From the NCBI RefSeq assembly GCF_036588685.1, contig NC_086373.1, positions 106,454,001 to 106,518,000 of the forward strand: a stretch of DNA of 64,000 nucleotides, read 5' to 3'. This DNA comes from Mytilus trossulus (taxonomy: Eukaryota). The translations under genes and the position numbers were made by a program. Below the pieces are notes generated by a model. The model was not told where the DNA came from, did no database searches, and was given only the letters and a program-made list of their open reading frames with translations. This document shows positions 1 through 12,100 of this stretch, piece by piece. Within the stretch, counting starts at the first letter, position 1. Each line of letters starts with the position of its first letter.

Positions 1-1171
1 AACATGCCATTGCATACCGGGTTCCTGAAAACAGCTGTCTCAAGTTTAGCCTTTGCAAAATAGTAGTGATATTTTAATAACATTTATCTAACATGGGTAA
101 TGATGTTATATTGAGTACATAATTAAAACTGATGTCCCTATTAGACAAAGCATTTAACATCATAATCTTTTAGGGTCTGGATGAAATTTACAGATAACAG
201 GATAATGAGCAAAAAGTTCAGAATGCAGGGCAAAATTTATAGATAGAGAAAAATAGGCAAAATATAAAGAATAGAGAATAATGGGGTGCCAAAATATAAC
301 GAAGAGAAAAAAAAATATATTGAGGTCCCCAATCCAGACCCTTTTAAAAAATTACATTAAAGTGATTTTCCTACCTAGATTGTACATTATGATATTTTGT
401 TTTAAATACAGGAGGGTAAAATGTAACTTAAAATAATGCCTACCATAACATAGTGTCCTTCTCTACGAAATTATTGTTAGGTTCTTACAGATAATATATT
501 GTCTGTGAAATAATGTATGTGAAAATAAAATTTCATTATGACTGTCTTTCTGTCCATGACAATATTTCACCATGAATTACATTCCATGAAAATATTTCCT
601 AATGGAGTTTGCTCTGAAGAATCCTAATCCATGAAATTATAAAATGATTTTTGGAATCTTTGAAATAATGTTCTTCAAATTATGTGTCAAATTTGTTGAA
701 ATGCTACATCAAATAATTATCATCTATAGTATACAAGCATGCTGTTTGCACATTTTTAAATTCATAAGTATTTTGTATATATCAGAAAAACATATATTTT
801 ACCAAAAGCTAATTAAAAAATTGCATTTATAAATCATTAAAGTTAAATATGTTAATACATTTATGTGTAGTATTACATTACACCATTTAGAATAATTAAA
901 TACTGCTAATCACTTGCAGTATATGTTTGTTATTATCAATATAATATTCATAAGACAAAACTGAATGACACTCCATCCATCTATGAAATAATGTCCAATA
1001 TAGACATAATTCTATATATTTTCTGGCCATTTTACATAGATAGGGACAAAATATCATGATATATAATGATGAAGTATTGTCTTGGTGGACAATATTTTAT
1101 AGGAAAATATTTTACTTTACAAAAATACAGGATTTGAAAATAATTCAAGTTATCTCCCTTCCTTTGCAATT

Positions 1172-4100
1172 TCAGTGCACCCCAGCTGCTCTATTTTGAA
1201 CAAACTGTCGATATATCAATGTCACATAAATAGCTAACAATAAAATAATAAAGAAATCGTCAAGAAATCCTAAGACACCAAACACAGCTTCTGGTATTAT
1301 GTCTAAAGGTGAAATAAAATAAAGTAAGGCAGCGAGAAAACACACAATCACACGTAAACGAAACATCCAAATTAATCCTCCAACCGTGAAAAATTCATTG
1401 TAAGTGTGTCTAAGTAATGTTGGAAGGTCTCTTATATAATCCATCAACTGAAATAGAAACGTAAAAACATGTTATTCTGGGTATGGCTCTGATGAAAAGT
1501 GAGTTTATAAATATACAGTAACATCATAGAATAGTAAAAACATGTTATTGTGGGTATGGCTCTGATGAAAAGTGAGTTTATAAATATACAGTAACATCTT
1601 CAGCAACATTCATTTACTGTGACATTGGTTTTAAGAACATCAACTCTAAATATTTCATTTGTTGATTCTTTGATGGATTCAAACTTGTAGTCTAATTCAC
1701 TAACCAATGATATAGGCCAAATAATAACTTTTTTGTTAAATAAATTTATTAGATGTCAGTTTTTTGGGGGAATTTTAATACATAATGTGCAATTATAAAT
1801 AGTTAATACTTTATAATAATGATAAAAATAATAATTATTTGAACTTACAGGTCGAGGAGCACCAGAAAATCGTCTATTATATTCATTAACTCGTGTTGAA
1901 ACATTTCTCTTTTCTTCTGTTTCATTATTATTTTCTTCTGGCGTAAAATTCACCAGCAGGAGTGTTACCTGAAAATATATCAAGCAATAAAATCCTCAAA
2001 GATTCATGAATTTGACAGCAGCAGTTAGAGAATATGCTTGTCCTTGACCTTTAGTGCAAACATGAAACAAGATTTTGAAATTCGTCTACCACAGTACTTT
2101 TTAAATTAAATATTTACATACCATAACTGGTTTGAGTTATTATTCTTGGAGATTTGAAGGAATAAGAATGATTACCATAATACTACCGACAGCAGAAAAT
2201 AAGACAAGAACAATACAGTTTTGCTTAAATCTGTTTCATTTAGACTTTGTTATATGTTGTCTTATTGGCATTTTTACTATAACTCCATATTCTATATATA
2301 AAGTGGTTCAAAAATCTTAATTTTTACAAACAAATTGAATTCAGAATCAGATGGTTCTGTTTGTAGTTTTATTTAAGTCTAAGTTTGCAAGGATCCCATA
2401 TACCAAATATAGTTATTCTATTTCTCATAATATATTAAGAGGGAAATTCACACACCAGTTTGTTTCGGCAGTTCTGAACAATGGAGATGTGGTCAATCAT
2501 ACTAGACATATGATGGATGGAAACCTTATAAGGCATCTGTATACAAGGTAAGAAGCATTTTAAAGTCTTCTATCCTCTGAAATATAAAGCCCTATACAAA
2601 TTGCTTACACTGACAACACTGCCAGATAAGTAGACATATGTCTTCCATTCTGCAACTATTGTTGCAAACAAGACAAAGCCATGCAAAAAGTAAAGTTTAA
2701 CAATCAATCCCATCATTTCTTTTAAATATGTGATAAATATTTAACCCTGATTCTATAACAAACACAGTCAATCAAACTACTATAAGAAGAGAAAAGTAAA
2801 AACACAAAAATACTGAACTCCGAGGAAAATTCAAAAAGGAAAGTTAAAAATCAAAAGGCAAAATCAAAAGTCCAAACACATCAAACGAATGGATAACAAT
2901 AGGTCATATTTCTGACTTGGTACAGAAGGATCACTAAGGAATTTTTCACCTGAAGATTTTATGTGACAAAATGAGCTGCGTCGGATGGAAATCAACTGTT
3001 CAAAACAGACCAACACATGAAAAATTCGTCTTTGATTTTGATTTCAATGTTCATAAATCTGACAATGAAAGTCTTACTCATATACATGAATACTTCCCCA
3101 ACTTGCATACGATCGATTTCTATCCAACACAGCTCAAATCAAGGAGATATAAGCTCATGAAAAGAGACAACCTTAAGTCTATAGATGAAATCATGAAAGC
3201 ATTATGACAATTCAGCATTTAAAAAAAAAGAGTCATGAACCTTTAACCTTAAAGTAAAACCTTGAACTACATTCAGATCTTAATTTTATAGTAAGGAACC
3301 TTTATCTTTATAGGTTAGGAATTCTTTGACCTTTACTAACTGAAAGTACAGAGAATAAGAGACTTTTTTTAAACTCATTCTTGTGTTTTAGCTGAACTGA
3401 AATTGAAATGGTGTAAAAGTTTATCTAAGAGCTGTGTAAGTACAGCCATGAGCCATTATGGAGTAAACTGATATTTTACCTGTTGTCTACAGACAGGACA
3501 AGCTATAGCTCCCAACCATCTACTACCATGCTGCCAATATGTAACTATACAAATACCTGAAAATAATTAAACAGTTTCTTACTAGTTATTGCCCCAACCA
3601 ACTACTATCTTGCTGCCAATTCGTAACTATAAAACATAAATACTATTCTATACTGTACATTTGCTGTGTCAACAGCAGGTAACATATCTTTACATTTTTA
3701 CTGTCGAACAGCAGTTTCATATAACTTTACATTTGTTCTGTCAACAGAGGTTTTACTCATTGTTGAAGGCCTTACGTTGATCTATAATTGTTAACGTCTT
3801 TGTCATTTGGTCTCTTGTGGAGAGTTGTCTCATTGGCAATCATACCACATTTTCTATTATAGATATAGGAAGATGTGGTGTAAATGCCAATGAGACAACT
3901 CTCCATCCAAATAACAATTTAAAAATTAAACCATTATAGGTTAAAGTTATGTTATATTTGTACTGTCAACTGCAGTTCACAAAATTGTACATTTGTGCTG
4001 GCAACAGCCATTCCCATAACTGTACATTTTTACTGTAAACAGCAGTGCCCATAACTGAACATTTGTACTGTCAAAAGCAGTTAACAAAACACATAGCTCT

Positions 4101-5369
4101 CCATATTTGTACTGTCAAAAGCAGGTCACATAACTGTAAATTTTTCCTATCAACAGCAAAGCAGTTACTGGTAGTCTATTCTTACCACAAAAACAATGGC
4201 CACAATTTGTTTCTACCCCATACTCAGCATTATTTAGACAGATTGGACAGGTAGCACTCCCATCATTGGCATTACGTCTGGGTAGTTGTTGCTGTGGATG
4301 ATCATGCCCAATTACCTCCCTTGTAGCAGTGACGCTGGCAGCACTGTCAGGATGGATCCTCAATAAACCTTGTCTTTGGCTGCAAATATTTTACCTTATT
4401 AATTTTTTTTATCTTTACTCTGAAATATGAACAGATGAGTTACTGTCTATCTTTGTTGGTTTTTTTTTAACTGTACATTACTTAGTTGTAAAACTTGTGT
4501 CTCATCAGTTGTGGTTTTTTTTTAGTTTTGGTCCATAATATGTTTCTTCAATTATGCTTGATGTTTGCTTTATTTACAGTGGCAAATATCTCATCCATGT
4601 CAAGGATGAAAAAAAGTTAACAGTTTGTATAATTGGTACAGCCCCTGGCACTCTATACAAGAGGCATTAGATTTATGGTCCCCATCCTGGCATGACTTGC
4701 TGCACATTTATACTTCCCCATGGCCAAACAAATGTCCCATTTAAGCAAAGGTTTTACTAACTGTGAGAGTTGACCATAGGATTACATATTTATATACCTT
4801 CAGTCAATCATTTGCAAATATGATTTTTCTAGACATGTATATTTCTTCTGACAATTATTTCAATCTTGCTTTACAGTTAATATCTTCAACTATATTTTTT
4901 TCCCAAAAGTTTAAATAAATGTGTCTTTTTGTTAACAATAAATTGATCTCTTATATTAAGACCTTGGGACTATTTTTATGCCTGCAAAAGACATTAAGTG
5001 TTACCTTTGACCCTCTTTCTGTCCATCCGTCCCATTTCAGTTTCAGACTTTAACTTCAGTTTTTCTCATCAAAATTATGTTATTTTGTAAGTCAATATCT
5101 GTTTTTTATACTGCATTTATTTATCAGAATTAAAACGACTTAATTTGACAACAAAACATCATCTCAATATCGGCAGGTATGTAATTATTGGTAACGACAT
5201 GGTGGTCACTCATCTTAATATCATCAGATAATAGACCAGTGGTAACTCACCTTAATCTGATCAGGTACATGACCAGTGGTACTATAAGGGCAAGAAGAAC
5301 AATAAATGCATATATCAATTCATCACCAATACCTTCTACCATTGTAGCTTTTCTAAAATATCCACCCAT
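1172..5369 (-). CDS. RNF170: RING finger protein 170, ER-membrane E3 ubiquitin ligase (261 aa, 5 coding exons)
   Basis: Minus-strand exons 5369-5251, 4379-4186, 3556-3480, 1968-1849 and 1447-1172, all GT-AG, total 786 nt in frame. N-terminal VEGIGDEL plus a hydrophobic TM segment; C3HC4 [50 protein letters not shown]; [11 protein letters not shown]; C-terminal DUF1232-like [22 protein letters not shown]. These are all RNF170 hallmarks. Confidence 0.95.
1453..1597. repeat. 72-bp tandem duplication abutting the RNF170 last-exon acceptor
   Basis: GTAAAAACATGTTATT.TGGGTATGGCTCTGATGAAAAGTGAGTTTATAAATATACAGTAACATC at 1461 and 1533. Confidence 0.9.
3650..4170. repeat. Degenerate about 37-bp tandem repeat in an RNF170 intron, interrupted by an interspersed repeat
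   Basis: Recurring ACTGTACATTTGTACTGTCAACAGCAG; an insertion at about 3750-3945 contains two inverted GCCAATGAGACAACTCTCCA cores. Confidence 0.75.
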
Positions 5370-6587
5370 CAAAAATAGAAATCTAGCAAAAAAAAAAGAG
5401 AAAAATATGTATTTCAAATAGTTTGTTGGTAAATGTAGAAGTTTATCAATGATTATAAATTATACATGCAGTTTTATTATTTCAGAGTCTTTCACAAGTA
5501 CTAAAGCTTTCTAATGTATTGGCAAAGTACAACTAGAAACACTGTTTGAAGTTTATTGCACATTTAAACGTACATGGCATTGCTAAAACATTCACTGATA
5601 AAACCGTGACAATTTTTCCCTGTTCTTTCAGTAATTGATAACATTTTAACCTGTTTGAGAGACAGGTTCTCGTCTCCTCTTGTAAGTATTCCTTTTGTTA
5701 AAGATATTTCAAAAAAAATTGCTCAAAACAGATTTCCAAACTGTTCCAGGACATTGCTGGTAAATATAATCCTATCAAATAGGTTTCATAAAATTTTGGC
5801 AATTATTGTACACATGAGAGAGCTAACGATGCAATTTCCATGAAATTAATGTTTCCAAGGGGCATAACTTTTTTACAAATGATTAATCAGCACTGATTTT
5901 CCAACAAATCCAATTTCATTATCGATCTTAAACAATGATATACATCTTAGTTTCATAAAAATCTGGCAAGAATTGTACATGTGAGAGCGCTAACAACACT
6001 TGAAGGATGGACTGATTAAAGGAAAGAGCTGAGTATTTTCATGTCTCCTGCAAATGTTACTCAGATAAAGGTTTTTATTAAACATCATTACATGATAAAT
6101 CTGACATATGTATACACAACCCACATGTCAAACACAAGTTTCATAAAAGTGCTTAATATTTAAAATTCCAATGTCCCTCTGTTGCACATATTTTATCTAT
6201 CCAAAGTACATGGGCAATAAAGCAAATTATAAATATCTTAGAGAAATGATGAACATGTATTCAGAGCAAAAACAATGTGATTTCTGTTAAAATCAATTTT
6301 TCCAAGGGGCATAAGTTGATCTGCCACCTTTAAAGAACTTGTCTGTGATATAGCTGATATAAAACTACAGTATAAGATTTATTAAAATCTGGCAAGGATT
6401 GTACCTGTGATAGTGTTAACAAGACCAGATAGACAGGGGAGACAGACGCTTGGATTTCTATGTCCCTACAAAGGTGTGAGCATGGGAAAATTAGTGGTCA
6501 AACATTTCAACAAATTTGATTTCTTTACTCTGACAAAATGTGGTTGCAAATGAAACATTTCAAACAATAAAACAATGCTGTATTTAA

Positions 6588-7402
6588 GGTCAAGTTACAG
6601 CTGGGAACAGTATATCATATATGTTCCTGGTTACAGTAAATGGGCTATATCACAGATTTCAGTAAAATTTGGCATACAACTCTGGCTTGATGAACTTCAA
6701 CTGAAAATCGAAATAATAATGCATTTATCTCAATTATCATTTGAAATATTACTGATTGAATTTTTACAAAATGGGTCAACATTTGTGTAGAAAGCACATA
6801 AAATCGTCGAAAACCCTTCTACAATTTGTCTAAAAATCGCTAAATCTCTAATTCTACTCCATAGATTTTTCTTAAAAAACTATATGTTGGTGATACATAA
6901 ATTTCCGTTATAATGATGCAAAATAAAGATAGGGTCACCGACTTCGTTCTTACGGTATACATCATTCAAAGTTGCGGTCTTTGTGAAAAAATTCAACAAA
7001 ACGTCGAAATAATCATAACGTTGATTTTTGACTTTTTCACTACCAACAAGGTTACAAATTGATTGTTAGACAAAAAACGAAGTCGGTAACCCTATGATTA
7101 TTTTATATCATTAAAACAGAAATTTATGTTTCAACAATATATAGTTTTTTAAGAAAAATCTTTGGAGTAGAATAAGAGATTTGGCAATTTTAAGACAAAT
7201 TTTAGAAGGTTTTTCGCCAATTTTATGTCCTTTCTATACAAATATTCACCCATATTAATAGAAATCAATCTGCAATATTATTTAGATAATAAAAGAGATA
7301 AATGCATTATTTTTTTGATTTTCAGTTGTAGTTCAACGAGCCAAGGTTTTATGCAAAATTTTAGCAAAAACTGAGACATAGCCCATTTACTGTTCCTTGA
7401 CC
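6588..7402. mobile_element. Foldback MITE with TTAA target site (Kolobok-type termini)
   Basis: TTAA|GGTCAAG ... CTTGACC|TTAA. The arms (about 6630-6950 and 7075-7395) are imperfect reverse complements over more than 300 bp. Confidence 0.8.
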
Positions 7403-8238
7403 TTAAGCACATTTTAAATGTCAGATTGAAGAAGTCAAGGGATAAATATATTTCTATACCAAGTGTCAACCTTCTTGGAAACAGAATAGAAAACTTTCTA
7501 TTTCGATGAATTTCTGTCAAAATCTTTGGTTTAATTGAACTTCATTCATGCCTTTAGGGGCATCGTTACTTCCGTTCCAATGTTGAGCCAGTGGTTAGAA
7601 AACTATTATGCTATATTGTACAAATTCATCAGCAAACCGAATTCTCGTAATCGACAATCAGCACTGCTGTCATTCGGGAATTGTGATAAAGTACCTACAG
7701 AACATCCATTACTTCTAGTTTATCCTGCACAATGATGATCACTAAGATGCTTGGTGTGGTGAACATTAAAAGTGCAGAGATACAGGAGATCCCCTCTTTC
7801 TGGTTAAAAACATCATAAAGGCACGCATAATTGACAAGTTTTTTCAGGTGACGGACAAACTCGAAAGTGGTCTATTAGTAGTTTTAATTACACCTTATGT
7901 AAGAATCTTGGGTTTTGATTGGTTGATAGCCAGTGTATTTTTCACCAATTTACTGTTTTCAAAAGAATATTGTTCATTTTTTAACAGTGTCCGCGGGTAT
8001 ATGCAATAAGGATCATTGGTAATGCCTTTTTTTCCCCTCTCTGCCATGGTATTTGCCAAAAAATACTCTATTGGACTGGACGCTTGTAATGTCACCATCA
8101 TCAATGCATTTTTAAACTTTAAAATTCTGTATTATTTAACAGATATAGCATGTTCTTGAGGGGTATTTGCGAAAAATACCAGTCTTGAGAATGAATTTCC
8201 CTCGCCTTATGGCTCCTGAAATTTAACATGATATATAG

Positions 8239-8724
8239 TGTTGTAGACCTTGAGATATTAAGATAGTCTAACTAGTTGAGTTAGGGAAGATATTCTTTGG
8301 CTCAATTGGTTAGAGCGCTGCCTTTAGCGGCCGAGATTGAGGGTTCCAACTCCGCTGGTACCATCCATGGCGCTGTGAGTAATTACTGGCACTACTTGTA
8401 CAAACTAGTGTATATAGGTGCCAGGCAGTTGATTTCGGGTCATGGTGGTTGACCAGCGGTCATAAGATGACAATGCCAAATCTCGGTGGAACTGCCCAGA
8501 AGCTTTCCAAGTAAATGTCTCAGGTGTACACTGGTAGTGGACCTGTGAGTTGCTCGGATGGATGGCAGCAGCCCAAAAAAAGAAAAGAGGGGAGAGTGTT
8601 GTAGACCTGAGATATAAAGGTAGTCTTACTAGTTGAGTTAGGGAAGACCTTCATTGGCTCAACTGGTTAGAGCGCTGCCTTTAGATCCCGAGATTCAGGG
8701 TTTGAATGCCGCTGGTACCATCCA
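8239..8724 (+). mobile_element. TRIM (miniature non-autonomous LTR retrotransposon) with tRNA-like LTRs, Helenus-like
   Basis: Two about 128-bp direct repeats with TG...CA ends (8239-8367, 8597-8724). PBS-like TGGCGCTGTGAG directly after LTR1; polypurine tract AAAAAAAGAAAAGAGGGGAGAG directly before LTR2. Each LTR carries an A-box (TGGCTCAATTGG, 8298-8309) and a B-box-like motif (GGTTCCAACTCC, 8342-8353). No clear TSD. Confidence 0.8.
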
Positions 8725-9092
8725 TGGATTTTTCCCTTCAATATGTTTAAAATACCTCTACACGAACACTGATTCTTTAAAATAAATATAAAAATATATG
8801 ACATACTCTATGAATGTTGGAAAAATAGGTCCTAACCTCAGTCCTGTCGAATAACCTGACCAAATGAAGAAATGAAACTTGACACTTCTGACTGTTCTGT
8901 CAGTTCTGACACTGACAGTGACACTAGACTTGGTTATGTCGTATTAAAGAAACAAGTGGTTTGGAAGAACATGCTTTACTTTTTGTTGCGTTCAAAAAAA
9001 TAATTTACCAACCTTAGAATTAATCGTCATTACTTAAAACCTGCATTAATCATCAATATTTTTATCACAAGCAGAAGAAAAACAAAACGAAA

Positions 9093-9106
9093 CCGGAAGC
9101 GGAAGT
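9093..9106. promoter_or_regulatory. Tandem ETS/GABPA-type sites in the putative RNF170-HOOK bidirectional promoter
   Basis: CCGGAAGCGGAAGT about 70 bp upstream of the HOOK ATG, in a locally CpG-richer patch. Tandem CGGAAG sites are typical of bidirectional housekeeping promoters. Confidence 0.6.
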
Positions 9107-9174
9107 TACGAGTTGCAGCCCTTGGTTGAACTATTTACTGTTTTTGACAGAACTGGGGCGTAAAAAACAGGAAA

Positions 9175-12100
9175 ATGAATCGTGAAGAAGTCTGCGATAG
9201 CTTAATTATATGGGTATTTATTGATTTTGATGAACACGTTTGCGTGTGTTCCACATTAACATTTCATGTGTTCATTAATTGTAGCACAAAATCTATATCA
9301 CATTTGCTGTTCGCAAATCTGCCATTTTTTGTAAATTATGAAATTACACATGCAATTTATAATTTAATGCAAAGTTTAAATGCCATGTAGTCAGGTGTGA
9401 TAATATACTCAAACTTAATTGGGACTCCCTGTAAGAGAATATATCTATATACAGTGGAGTCCCCGGTGTCTGTGCGGCCCGTGATACCGCGCATTAGGTG
9501 ATTTCGTCATATCAACACAGTAACACAAGTAAAATGGTTCTTGTTATTGTTTTAGCATCCCGAAGGGATAAAAAAGAATAAAATCGATAAGTTCAAGAGT
9601 TAAATAATAACTTGCAATCCCGTGATTTACAATATTTGGCCAATTTCCTTTAAAAAAAATTACATCATCAGATAAAATTTGTTTTATTGAAGTCAAATTT
9701 ATATCAGATTGAAATAATTTTTGCTCTGCATCCTTTGCAGTGTTCTTGATTCAAATTCAGCTATATTTCGTTTCCAAAAATCTTTTCTTTATTCAAAATA
9801 ATCTATTTTTGGAAGGCATGCGCGAAATCACCGGACATTGGAGGAACTCTCAGAACAGGGGTTTCCCTAATTTTGGTCACAAATTACACAAATTCTTGGG
9901 GGTGAAACCATACAAACAGATGCTTCTATTAAATAAAAGTATATTATGAATATTATCCAATTATTGGTTTTATCAGTTGAATGAAGTGAAGCCATAAGTC
10001 TTAGGTGCGCGGATACACCGGACTGCACCGTACACATGTTTTTAAACGCCTTATTGCTATTTAGATATAGGAAGATGTGATGTGAGTGCCAATGAGACAA
10101 CTCTCCATCCAAATAACAATTTAAAAAGTAAACCATTATAGGTTAAAGTACGGCTTCAACACGGAGCCTTGGCTCACACCGAACAACAAGCTGTAAAGGG
10201 CCCCAAAATTACTAGTGTAAAACCATTCAAACAGGAAAACCAACGGTCTAATCCATATAAATAAAACGAGAAACGAGAAACATGTATATATTACATAAAA
10301 AAACGACAACTACTGTACATCAGATTCCTGACTTAGGTCAGGTGCAAACATTTGCAGCGGGATTAAATGTTTTAATGGATCCAAACCTTCTCCCTTTTTC
10401 TGAAACAATAGCATAACATCACAACATAGAAAAACATACGATAAAATATCAATTGGCAGACTTAACTCAATCAAAAAAAATTGTCTGCCTTAAATTATTT
10501 GACATTGCTAAAGTTGCTGTAAAATTTGGACACAAGCCACATCACAAATGAAAATATCTGACACCACAATGGTTACATGATATCAAAAGTTCAATCAGCC
10601 CAGATCCCGGGGTCAAGCAGAACAGATCTCCAAATAGCGATAAAATGTATTAAATAAGAATCCTGTTGCTTTCTAGTCCCTTATCACTATTCGGAAATCT
10701 GCAACCCTTGCCACTAGAATCAGCGCCTTTTAAACAATTGACATCATATAACAACTCTTTTCCTTTATGGCATCAGATATTTTCTAGTACAATGTATGAC
10801 ATCAAAATTTTATGGCAGCCTTTGTGATGTCCAGTAATGGCGTACAGAAGCTGCCGCAAAATTTTGACTTTAAAAAATAAAATGTCTGACGCCACAAAAG
10901 AAAAGTTATTGTTGTGTATGATGATAATAGTTCAAGTGTAGCAAATCCTCAAATAGCTAAAAGGTTGATAGAAATATTTACATAATTGGGTATAAAGCTG
11001 AACTGTGACTCAATATGGCCCTAAATCTGTCTGAAGAATCTTCTGATGACATCACATGATTCACATCAAATGTGAAGAAAATGCTCCAACCTAAATGTGA
11101 ACCCCTGTTATTAGCTGAATATTGTTTCTTATAAAAATCAAGTGATCAATCATTTATCGAAGATTATTTGTGGGGGTTGACTTCAAAAACTGATTTATAA
11201 TTTTCAAGGTAAAAAGAAAAATCACATCCATAGGTCACCTGAGATCCTTAAACATTAACCAAAACTTCAGAGCAAACTTAACCAAGTCCTAACTAACTGT
11301 AAAACAATATACATTTGTAAGCCTAGTATCTTGTACGAGTTTTAAAGTAAGGTATAAAATGTAACTTGATTTGTTAGATTGAATGACCTTTTATTGTCTA
11401 CAAATGTAATTATTGAATATACACTAAACAGTAATGAAAAGTTACATTCTTTCTAGTTGAAAGTTTTATCAAACAAATGTAAACAATTCTACAGTGGAAT
11501 ATACAGTGATATATATAAAATTCCTATTAATTATTTCAGATGCAGACATTTGAGGTAGAGGCATCATGTAATTCAGCAGGAGATCTAAGTGATGGTGTGG
11601 CTATGTCTCAAGTTCTTCATCAAATGTGAGTATTATTGTGATATGATTAACGATGTGACTGTGAAGTTCCTTTTTCTTCCAAAAGCAATTACAGGTATTT
11701 TATCTAAAAATGATGAATATTGTCAGTAATGAAAGATGATCAAGTAAATGCAATGAATACCTTATGTCTCACAAATTATTATAAAACATATGTTATTTAA
11801 AAAAATGTCATGAATGTTTTGTGATAGCTTTAAATTAATTACTAAATTTCTTTTGCAGAAAACTAAAATCCACAAAATGTAACTTTTGCTCAAACCACAA
11901 AAATTGATACGTACCCACAAGTAAAAGTACTTTTACTGTTTTACAGTATTAAGAGGTGATACATACTTGTTATTGTGCAATATGTTTACTCATTTATATA
12001 TCACAACAACCTTTTGTAGTAATGAAATTTTTTCACATTATTTTTAAGGTAATAAATAATAAAGTAAAACATAATTGCAGAACATAAACTGAAAGGCAAT

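Noticed and set aside
1488-1580. CTGATGA motifs in the 72-bp duplication as hammerhead or C/D snoRNA cores
   Set aside because: No helix II/GAAA arrangement or terminal stem could be formed.
8290-8362. tRNA genes at about 8290-8362 and 8648-8720
   Set aside because: A and B boxes are present, but there is no convincing acceptor or anticodon stem, and both lie inside the LTRs of a TRIM.
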